Source of the DNA: Paraspadella gotoi
Lineage: Eukaryota; Animalia; Chaetognatha
Assembly: GCA_051294375.1 (NCBI GenBank)
Contig: JBJCIZ010001555.1
Span: 1-9,122, forward strand
Direction of reading: 5' to 3'
Length of the DNA stretch: 9,122 bases
Shown here: positions 1 to 8,626 of the stretch, in pieces
Numbering within the stretch: the first letter of the stretch is position 1
Layout of the letters: the number at the start of each line of letters is the position of its first letter
Program-made: the position numbers and the translations under genes
The notes under the pieces: model-generated
The model's database searches: none
What the model was told of the DNA's origin: nothing
The model's input: only the letters and a program-made list of their open reading frames with translations

Positions 1-42
1 TCAAACACAACAAAACGAAAGGAAATTCGCGATGCCTAATAT

Positions 43-86
43 TTTTTTCTTTCTTTCTTTCTTTCTTTCTTTTTTTTAGTTTCTTT
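43..86. repeat. (TTTC)n / poly-T low-complexity tract, intronic
   Basis: Run of ttctttctttctttc with T-runs on both sides, read directly. Confidence 0.85.
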
Positions 87-130
87 TCAACCTCCCTTCA
101 TCGTTCTACCTGTTTCTTTCTCTCTTTGAC

Positions 131-136
131 TCATAC
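131..136 (-). other. 5' splice donor (GTATGA), phase 1; the intron runs toward the window start
   Basis: Minus strand reads GTC AAA G|GTATGAGT, and the sequence then becomes low-complexity A/GAAA-rich. Confidence 0.75.
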
Positions 137-575
137 CTTTGACAAATGTATCAATCTTTGAACTCCTCGCCAGGTTCCGAGTGCTGAAGATAACAGCGTC
201 AGCCTCCTCCAATCGACTTCGATTTTTGGTGGTCTCGCATCGCTTTTCCGAACATTGATTGTCAACAAAGGGTTGTTTTCCAAATCCAAAGTAGAAGTTA
301 TCGCTGTCAAAGAATCCTGTCCAAAAGAGAATGACCTTGTTGCGCTTGGCGGTGCCACCCAGCACTGCAGCTTTGGCTGCACCAACGGGAGTTGGAGAGA
401 CACGAACGGCAACGTAATCTGGTTTAGAAGAATCGAGGGAGCCCCAATAGGTCAAAGAGAGGCGCAAAAAAATGTTGAGAGAGTAGGCCAACAGAAAGAG
501 GCAGATCAGAAAAAGAAGACATGTAAAGAGTTTAATTTTTGGCAAAACGTGATGCAAGTTCTTGGCGGGACTCAT
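137..575 (-). CDS. First coding exon (146 codons + 1 nt) of an alpha-(1,3)-fucosyltransferase, glycosyltransferase family 10; the gene continues beyond the window start
   Basis: Short N-tail, hydrophobic anchor LFTCLLFLICLFLLAYSLNIFL and a stem region. These are followed by KVILFWTGFF..FYFGFGKQPF...QCSEKRCETTKNRSRLEEADAVIF, which I recognise as the GT10 N-terminal pattern (IL-x-W...C-x4-C-x2-T-x-NRS...ADAVIF). Similarity ends at a canonical AAG|GTATGA donor (136-131). The ORF-track tail GMSQREKETGRTMKGG is intron read-through. Confidence 0.88.
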
Positions 576-578
576 GAT

Positions 579-585
579 CTGAAAA
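579..585 (-). promoter_or_regulatory. 3' splice acceptor TTTTCAG, 3 nt upstream of the start codon (cis 5'-UTR intron or trans-splice site)
   Basis: Minus strand reads atatatgTTTTCAG|atcATG. GC content falls shortly upstream. Confidence 0.7.
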
Positions 586-901
586 CATATATATAAGTGG
601 GAAGGATTAACCGACAGGCCAACAAAAAGTTTCTAGATAAATATTTGTAGATAACTAATAAAGGGTGAATGATGAATTTGCTAATCCAAAATTATAATAT
701 AAGCATTAATAGATGAGAAATTGTTTTACTTCAACAACGATTTATGTTATAGATTGTACAATTTACAATTGTACAATATTAATAGCGCAGTTATTAATGA
801 AGCTCGCCCTATCATTTTTTGCTCATAAATACTTTTAAATATTTATTAAAATAGAACAAATAATAAATTTTTTGTTTAAAAATTGTATTTTTTTAAGAAC
901 G

Positions 902-1091
902 GATTCCTATAGAGCTTGAAAAGTTAAATGAAGGTTAGTACTACAATTTTTAAAAATTTTGACAATAAATATGTTAAAAATAGAAAAACCTTAAAAAATC
1001 ATCATTTTTTAAATTTTCATTAATAAAAGCAAAAATGTTTAAAAATTTGTATTAATAACCTTTATCTAACTTTTAAAGTTCTATCAGAATC
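902..1091. mobile_element. Degenerate inverted repeat, probable old MITE/foldback remnant
   Basis: 902-961 aligns to the reverse complement of 1030-1091 at about 51/62 positions by hand (gattcctatagagcttgaaaagttaaatgaaggttagtactaca vs gattctgatagaactttaaaagttagataaaggttattaataca). The loop is 68 bp and AT-rich, and weaker symmetry may extend outward. Confidence 0.6.
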
Positions 1092-2869
1092 TATTAAAAA
1101 TTAAAACAAAATTTTTAACTTTATATAGTAATAAAATAATCTTTAAATGCTTCCGTCCGCTAATTAATAAGATAAATTTTAAAAATTATTTTCATTTTCA
1201 TTATCTCTTAAAGTCACTTAACCATTATTTATTTGAGACAACTACTAGTTTTCAACCTGTTCCGGCCTACTACATAATGATGTAGTAAATTTTTTGAATT
1301 AATTTTATTTTTTTGTTTTTAATAATTAATTCAGTCAAAAAAATATTCATAAGTTTTCTGAAAATATCCAAGGTAACTGATTCCTTTTTTATACAAAATG
1401 ATACATTGAACAAGAGCAGTTTTAATAAATAACAAATACCAAAAATATTTTTTCAATATTTAAAAATTATATTATATCTTATAATCATGCTGATTCCAAA
1501 TCTATTTTTGTTTTTAAAATTTGATTTCTTGTTCTTGTTTTACAGACTAATACTTTTGTAAAAATTAAGAAAAACATCCCTTTTTCAAATCCTCATAAAA
1601 AATGATGAGGTCCATGTATTGAAAAAAAAAATAAAACTAACTTTGAAAATGTAATATCTTCTTGCAATTACAATTTTAAATGAGAAGAATAAGATTTGCC
1701 AAAGATATGAAGGGAAGAAGTGTCATTATTTATTTTTTATGAAAAAAAGAATAAGATTTTTCTTAATAAGCAATTGAAGCATTCTATCGTGGCCGAAGCG
1801 GCTGAGGAAGAGGTTCTTCAAAGACGAGGATTTTTGCAATATTGAGGACAATCTCACAACTTTTTGAGTTCACCTATCTTTTTCATACTAACACACAACC
1901 AAAGTCAAGAGTTCTAATGCAGAAAAAATGAGTAGACCTTTCCATATATGAAAAGTTTTTAAATCAAAAAACGTTTATTGTGTAAAAGGTGCCCATACAT
2001 CATATAAATTTTTTGAACATTTTTTTTTTAAATTTACTGTAAATGCTGCCAACTCCGAAAAAAAAAGAAAAAAAAAGGTAAAACATTTACTTTTTCAAAA
2101 ATATCTTTTAAAGCTTTATTGCTACAGAGACGAAACCCAATCTATCTTGGGTTCCGCCTACAAACGTCGTATTTAGCAAGAAAGCAACTCTTTCCAATAT
2201 TGTTCTGTTGTTACTTACAATATTAATTTGAATTCTATCACAATACAAATTGGGCTGAACTAGGGATTGGTTTAAATCATATCCACCCGTTTCAAATGAT
2301 AAAAAAGTACAATTTTTGCAACATTTAGAAGAAAAAATCCCGTCAATTTTTGTCCATTTTCACTTTCGTCTTCTGATTAGAGTGCCAAGGAAAGTTAAGA
2401 AAAAATTTTTTTTACTTTGGAAATCCGTTAAATAATTTATAGTTTGCCTATGAATAAATTTTAATGTTTACAAGTCAAAAAGTGTCATTTTCAGTTTTTA
2501 TTATAATTTGTTAAACAAAAATAGTGCAAATTTGTTTAAATTAACATAGGCTATTGAATAAGTTTTTAACACCTATAATATTAACAAAAAAACTGTTTTC
2601 GTTTAGCCACAAATAATTTTAATGACGTCTTTTAATTTGTGACTTTTTGTGACTTGCATTTATTTTTGATAAAGAGAATATTTTCAACTCATTTATTAGT
2701 TTTAAAAGATGAGGTATATGCTGGCGTTGATTAATAAAAAAAACCGCATCCTTTTAACCCAAAGGAAAGCGTCAGGACTTGTTTTTTCTCAGAAAAAAAA
2801 ATCATGCGCCAACGTTCATTTTCTTTCTTATAATGAATCTAAGGATTTTCATCGATTTGGTTCAATATA

Positions 2870-2962
2870 AATGAAGAAAATAAATGATAGGAAAGAGGTA
2901 AGGGAAAACAAGAAGAGTAGAAGGGGAAGATGAGAGAGAATGAGGTGAAAAAGGAAAAAGAA
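2870..2962 (+). repeat. Purine-rich (GA) low-complexity tract
   Basis: Almost only A/G on +, e.g. aagaagagtagaaggggaagatgagagagaa. Confidence 0.6.
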
Positions 2963-2992
2963 TAGCAGTGACGTACAGCGGCTTCCAGCAGC

Positions 2993-4382
2993 CTGTGCAG
3001 CCTTTGGGTTTCTACGTCTGGATTCTGACTCTCTCGTGAGTCTCTCTCTGTGACCTCCTCTCTGTCTTTCTCATCTCCTCTCCTGGCTCGTGTGGTCTCT
3101 CTCTGTGGGTACGATTTCTTGGGCGGTGATCGTTTCGGTTTTGAAAAAATTATGAAATTAATTTTTTCCTTCTAAAAACTTTATTATCACCCATTATCCC
3201 AAATTTACATCCAACGATTTCCTCGTGGATTTATTTAGAAAAAATGAAAGAATAACCAATACGTCAAAATTTTACGCTTTCTCTCCTCACGATAGGTCTC
3301 TCGCCCACTCTCTCAGGATTGTTATTAAAGAAAAAAAAATATAATAAGCAGAATAACATATTTAATACAGATTACATGCCAGAGCGAAATCTTTTGAATA
3401 CTCTGTACCAATGTTGTTGATCGAAAACCTTTAAATTCTTTTCACAATTTGAATTATGCCGGATTGATGCTAACAAAAAAAAAAAAGAAAAAAATAAAAA
3501 TATGCAGATCATTTTTTAACTAGCCTATTTTTGCCGGTTTTATGGTTAGACTACCAAACAATGTATCTATTTATCAAGTTCCATTAGTGAGGCAAAGTGA
3601 ATGAATTGAAATGTGTGTCCATTTTCTTGTTTTCATATCGATTCCAAGTATTTTTTGTTTGAGATTCTCCATTCATGTATAATTTACTTGGCAATACTGC
3701 TAATTAGATATGAGTATTACTGCAATATCAAATTAGTATATAGTAAACTATATTTGTAATTTGGCGACGAGTAAACGAGTTCCGCCAATGCAGAGTCTGT
3801 TCAGCCTCTTCTCTCCTCTCTCTCTCTCTATCGTCTCTTCCTGAGTCTCTTTCTCTCTTTCGATCTCTTGCGTGATCGTTTCGTTTTTTGTATTCTGATT
3901 ATTTTTTTCCTCTAAAACTTTTAGTTAATCGGCCATTTATCTCGCGCTTGTTTTCTCTTTACCCGCTGGATTCGTGGCCGGTTGCGAGGCAACGAGTAAA
4001 CAATGTCAAGGAAACATGACCTAATAACGCGAAAACGCGATATTATTATTTATTTGGAAGTTCAAAAATATCATAAGTCGTTAAACGGAGTATTTTCAAC
4101 TAATATTTTGTTATAGGGATTATAAATTTCAACGTAAAGACAAGCAATTTCTTATATGGCTTCTTTTTTCTCTCTCTCTCTCTTTCTCTCCTCTCTCGTC
4201 TCTCTCTCGTACTCTCTCTCTCTCTCCTCCTCTTTCTCTTTTTTTTGCTTCTAAAAACTTTTATTATCGCCATTATTCCCCGCTTTTTTCTCATACAATA
4301 TATAAAAATTCTGATTATTCTTTATATAAACGAGAGAGACCAAATAATGCGTTTCTTGGCGGGAAAACTGTCCAGCCTCTCT

Positions 4383-4415
<33 letters not shown>

Positions 4416-4430
4416 TCTCTCTCTTTCACT
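2993..4430 (+). repeat. Dispersed degenerate repeat modules built around (CT)n tracts (3-4 copies)
   Basis: ctgtNcagcct at 2993, 3797 and 4368, each upstream of a CT-rich tract. gtgatcgtttcg at 3126 and 3872. (c)ttctaaaaacttt..attatc-like motif at about 3169, 3910 and 4248. attctgattatt at about 3892 and 4308. Confidence 0.6.
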
Positions 4431-4464
4431 CATACACGCCATTTGTTTGTTTTATTTACGATCG

Positions 4465-4630
4465 AATGATTCATCGCGTCAATGAATTACTATCATCGCA
4501 TCAATGAATGACTATCATCGTATCAATGAATGATATCATCATATCAATAAATGACTATCATCGGCATCAATCATTTGATTATCATCACATCAGTCATTTT
4601 TTATCATCCATCATTATTGGTTATCATCGC
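4465..4630. repeat. About 22-bp minisatellite, consensus aatgaatgactatcatcgcatc, about 8 decaying copies
   Basis: Units aatgaattactatcatcgcatc / aatgaatgactatcatcgtatc / aatgaatgatatcatcatatc / aataaatgactatcatcggcatc are visible in tandem. Confidence 0.85.
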
Positions 4631-5129
4631 TGCAATATTTGGTCTATCGGAAAGCGGCTCGATCCTTATGGCTTTAGATTTTTTTTTTTCATTCGTATGG
4701 TTAGAAGACGGTAATTTTTTTTTTTTTTTATTGGGGAACGTTTATTTCGATCTAGTCAGTTGGCGTGAATAAAAAATGTTTAAATTTTAACGTTTCGGCT
4801 TCTTTATCATTTTTATTCATTTCATTTCATCAATCAATGATTCGTTATCACTCATCGCAGATGAATCGGATCCGCGATTCGTTATGATCGCATCAATCAT
4901 TGGGTTTTTTTTTTTTAAAAAATATGAGCGATGTCTCATTGTGCTTTTAAGGTTTTTTTATTAATTTTCTTTGATAGTAACGTCGGGAAAAATCACTATA
5001 CTTTTAATTTTTTATTACCGTCATAGTTACGATAGTTAATTTTTCATCATTGAGTCTCATTCAAATGATTTCGCTAAAAAAATAATTGAAAATGATGCAT
5101 AAAAATAATAATTGAAAATAATGATCGTT

Positions 5130-5193
5130 AAGTAATATCTTGAAGTGACTATCGTGAAGTGACGATTGGGAAGTAACGATCATTAAGTGATAT
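5130..5193. repeat. About 14-bp tandem repeat (aagtgacgatcgtg-like), about 5 copies
   Basis: aagtaatatcttg / aagtgactatcgtg / aagtgacgattggg / aagtaacgatcatt / aagtgatat. Confidence 0.65.
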
Positions 5194-5263
5194 TTCACAT
5201 TTCTCATTTCAGTTGTGACGTCGTCGTCGTCACGCTTTTTTTTTCTGCAAGCCGTTATGCTTC

Positions 5264-5381
5264 TTTAGTCGGATTCTGCTTATCATCAGATCCCGACTTC
5301 TATAATTCACTTTGTCGGTCCGTCAGAAACATCGAATTATGATAAATTATGCAAAAAAAATGATGTCCGTCCGTCCGTCCA

Positions 5382-5432
<51 letters not shown>

Positions 5433-5759
5433 TCCTTCCATCCATCCATCCATCCGTCGTCCGTCGTCCTACCTTAGCAAAAAACACCAATTACCTTGAT
5501 TGGATGGATGGATTCGAATGAAATTTTGTGTGTGGGTGGGAAGTGTGTATGAGCTGGATATAAAGTTTCGATGGAATCTCGAGTGGAAATGAGTTTTAAA
5601 TGGAAAAAATATAAGTCACATTTTACCTTTATTTTAAGGACATACAATTGATGATAAGCTGTATATAAATTTATAATTAATTATTAAATTATTAAAATTA
5701 ATTAATTATTAATTAATTATTTTCCGTAGCAGATCCGACATTGTTTGCTCAAACTTGTT
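5264..5759 (+). mobile_element. Non-autonomous Helentron/DINE-1-like element, compact copy A (about 495 bp)
   Basis: In order: T-run; 5' subterminal repeat plus adjacent inverted copy (agtcggattctgct-tatc-atcagatcccgact, 5267-5298); GTCC/GTCT microsatellite; one core repeat (about 5500-5625); (TTAA)-rich tract; 3' subterminal inverted repeat agcagatccgac (5728-5739); short palindrome gtttgctcaaac (5743-5754); terminal Ts. No target-site duplication seen. This order matches the DINE-1/HINE architecture. Confidence 0.75.
5365..5469 (+). repeat. (GTCC)n(GTCT)n(ATCC)n compound microsatellite inside element A
   Basis: Read directly from the sequence. Confidence 0.95.
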
Positions 5760-6055
5760 CCGCTCTACAAGGGTGCCGTCTACCAATCAGACTCTTTTAG
5801 ACAATGGTATTCTAACTTTAATTTATTGATCATCTCTGATGATTCTCATTGACAAGTATGAATACTTTTCTTTCATTTAGAAAAACGGTAGGCTTATAGT
5901 TATCTTCCTCTTATACATGTACTTCCCTTGGTAAAATTATTCTTTAGGTTAAAAATCACGGGTAAGACATGATTCTTCGATGCTTACAATCTAATTCTCA
6001 TTAACTGCCTTAGTTTTAAACAAGTTTGAGCAAACAATGTCGGATCTGCCTACGA

Positions 6056-6100
6056 TAATTAATTAATTAATTAATTAATCGATTAATTAATTAATTAATT
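6056..6100. repeat. (TTAA)n self-complementary tract; related tracts at about 5674-5721 and 6360-6392
   Basis: taattaattaattaattaattaatcgattaattaattaattaatt. Confidence 0.85.
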
Positions 6101-6240
6101 ATTTTAATATGTAATAATAATTTTAAATTTAATTCAATTATCTCATCGATGTCCTTTAAAATTGGTTAGTGACAGTTATTAAATATGTTTTGTTTACATT
6201 TTATCAAAACAAACAAATATCTCTATTTTATTTATGTCCC

Positions 6241-6292
6241 TTCTCTTCTCTCTCTCTCTCTCTCTCTCTCTCCTCTCTCTCTTCTCTCCTCT
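6241..6292. repeat. (CT)n microsatellite
   Basis: Read directly from the sequence. Confidence 0.9.
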
Positions 6293-6803
6293 TTTTCTGC
6301 AATTGCGACGATCTTTATGCTTTTCAGATTTTTTTTTAAACTTGCATCATTTTTTTCACATTAATTAATTAATTAATTCATTAATTAATTAAAACATTTA
6401 TTAGTAATCATTAATATTAAAGATTCAAGTAAATGTGACTTATGCTTTTTTCCATCTAAACTCCATTTCCCTGGCACAATTCCGTCATTACTTTATATAT
6501 TATTATTATATTAAATAAATATTTAAAAGCTTCAGTGCAACAACCCAATGAACTATTCCAAAAAGTTTAAATTGAAAATCGATTTAGTAGTAAAAGAAAA
6601 AAATATTAAAGAGAACTAGAAGTTATAAAAAGTGTTCAATTTGGCCCGCCTTACTAGATATTAGGCCTTACTAGATATATTGCATGTGATTAAACAATGT
6701 TATGGAATAATAATTTATCAATTTTATGTATTTTGTAGTATTTTTAAGTATTTTATTCAGTGAGTAAATAACAAACTTTTTATTCGCTAATTTTTATCTC
6801 GGA

Positions 6804-6818
6804 CTCTCTCTCTTTCTA

Positions 6819-6870
<52 letters not shown>
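6804..6870. repeat. (CT)n microsatellite
   Basis: Read directly; pure (CT)n from about 6823. Confidence 0.92.
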
Positions 6871-6873
<3 letters not shown>

Positions 6874-7743
6874 CAATTGCGACGATCCTTATGCTTTTAG
6901 GATTTTTTTAACTTGGTATCATTTTTCTGCTTCAAGTAAATGTGACTTATTTTTTTTTCATTTAAACTCATTCTCCACTGGCACAAATTCCGTCAAAACT
7001 TTATATCTAGCTTTTTCACACACTTTCCTACCCGCTCACAAAATTTCATCTCAATCTATTATGGGTTAAAATAAGTAAAAAGATTCAAGTAAATGTGACT
7101 CATATTTTTTTCATTTAAACTCATTTCCACTCGTACGTTTCCACCGAAACTTTATATCAAGCATCGATACACATTTTTCTACCCACACAAAAAATTTGAA
7201 CTCAATCTATCCATCCAATTATGATTAATTAGAGTACTTATTGGTTAAAATAAGTAAAAAGATTTTTAGTAAATGCGACTTATGTTTTTTTCCACTTAAC
7301 TCATTTCCACTCACACGATTCCTGTCGAAACTATTATATCCACTTTATCACACACCTTTCCTACCCACACACAAAATTTCATTTCAATCCAACAGCAATA
7401 ACGAGTTATTGGAGCTTTTTGCTAAGGTGGGACGGATGGACGGATTGATTGACTGATTAATTAATTATTGATTAGAATTTTACATTTTACATTGAAATAA
7501 TTAGTGATTTATTGATCATCAATTGACACTGTTAAAGGTTTTGAACACTTCACAATACATTTATTTGATCGTTCTGACACTGGCATTTGACTTTATTGAC
7601 ACACAGTAAAATCAGGTCCTCGAAAAGTAGCGTTTTTTTACTTTATAGATTCCATCGAAACTTGGTTTCCTGTTCAATCACACACTTTTCTACTCACATA
7701 CAAAATTCCAGGTCAATCGATAATTAAGTGGTAATAAGCTATC

Positions 7744-8036
7744 TTGGTCAACTTGCATAATTTAATCAATTGCATAATTTGGTCAACTGACATAATTTGG
7801 TTAACTGACATAATTTGGTCTACTGACATAATTTGGTCAATGACATAATTTGGTCAACTGACATAATTTGATCAATTAAAGATATTTGGTCAACCGGCAT
7901 ATTTGGTTAACTGGCATAATTTTATCAACTAGCCTAATTTGGTCAACAGGCATAATTTGGTCAACTTGCAAAACTTGATTAACTTGCAGAATTTGGTCAA
8001 CTGGCATAATTTGGTCAATTAGCATAATTTGGTCAA
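7744..8036. repeat. 18-bp minisatellite cataatttggtcaactg(a/g), about 16 copies, followed by (TCAA)n and (AG)n to 8075
   Basis: Contiguous units such as cataatttggtcaactga (7773-7790), cataatttggttaactga and cataatttggtctactga, with no spacers. Confidence 0.93.
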
Positions 8037-8586
8037 TCAATCAATCAATCAATCAATCAGAGAGAGAGAGAGAGAAACTTTAAAAAATTCAAATAAATGT
8101 GTCTTTTTGGTTTTCTAATTTGAACTCTTTTCCACTCCTACGATTCCATCAAAAAATTTTTATCCAGCTTTATCACATACTTTCCTACCCACACACAAAA
8201 TTCAATTCGATTTATCTATCCAATTTTTAAATAACAAAATAATTATGAGTAAATTTAAGTAAAAATACTTCAAGTAAATATGACTTTTGTTTTTCCATTT
8301 TAACTCATTTCCACTCGCGCGATTCATCAAAACTTTATATCCGGCTCAATCACACACTTTCCTACCATCATACAAAATTTCAAGTCAATTACACTATCCA
8401 CTCATGAGCAATTGGCGTTCAAATAGTGAAATATATGTTTTTGTTTTTTCCATTTAAACCAATTTCCACTCGCACGATTCCTCGAAACTTCATATCCATC
8501 TCAATCACACAGTTTCCTACCCACACACAAAATTTCATACCAATCCATCCATCCAATCACGGGTAATTGGAGTTTTTTGCTAAGGT

Positions 8587-8626
8587 GGACGGATGGACGG
8601 ACGGACGGACGGACGGACGGACGGAC
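8587..8626 (-). repeat. (GTCC)n microsatellite of element B
   Basis: (ggac)n on +, in the same position relative to the 5' hairpin as in copy A. Confidence 0.93.

Larger units (their letters stand above)
6424..8550. repeat. About 150-180 bp core repeat, about 8 full or partial copies in two main clusters
   Basis: Unit ttcaagtaaatgtgactta..ttttccatttaaactcatttccactcgcacgattcc..aaactttatatc..cacacactttcctacccacacacaaaatttca starts at about 6424 (partial), 6931, 7084, 7263, 7648 (partial), 8088, 8269 and 8418. Confidence 0.88.

Noticed and set aside
87-136. C-terminal extension of the 162-aa ORF
   Set aside because: It lies past a canonical donor in low-complexity sequence. GT10 proteins need a further catalytic region, so this is intron read-through.
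131-596. ORFs 131..412 (-) and 255..596 (+)
   Set aside because: Alternate-frame and antisense shadows of the fucosyltransferase exon, with no recognisable motifs.
1770-1870. GC-richer patch resembling an exon
   Set aside because: Only short open frames, no convincing splice-site pair and no recognisable protein.
2108-2359. 83-codon stop-free minus-strand frame (KWTKIDG...VAIKL)
   Set aside because: No ATG, no recognisable domain, and a length plausible by chance across six frames. It would need a BLASTX or RNA-seq hit.
4023-4044. Small hairpin aataacgcg-aaaa-cgcgatatt
   Set aside because: Too short and imperfect to distinguish from chance.
4100-4772. Five short ORFs (RE-rich, SL-rich, I/H-rich)
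   Set aside because: Translations of (CT)n tracts and the 22-bp minisatellite.
5215-5244. Rho-independent terminator look-alike
   Set aside because: The sequence is eukaryotic and there is no upstream gene on that strand.
5729-6049. Stand-alone 321-bp MITE with 31-bp TIRs
   Set aside because: Inverted homology continues outward (5631-5728 vs 6050-6163), so these are the inner 3' ends of two larger elements.
7744-8036. CRISPR-like array or hexapeptide-repeat CDS
   Set aside because: Units are contiguous with no unique spacers and no cas genes, in a eukaryotic context. Some 17-bp units break the reading frame.
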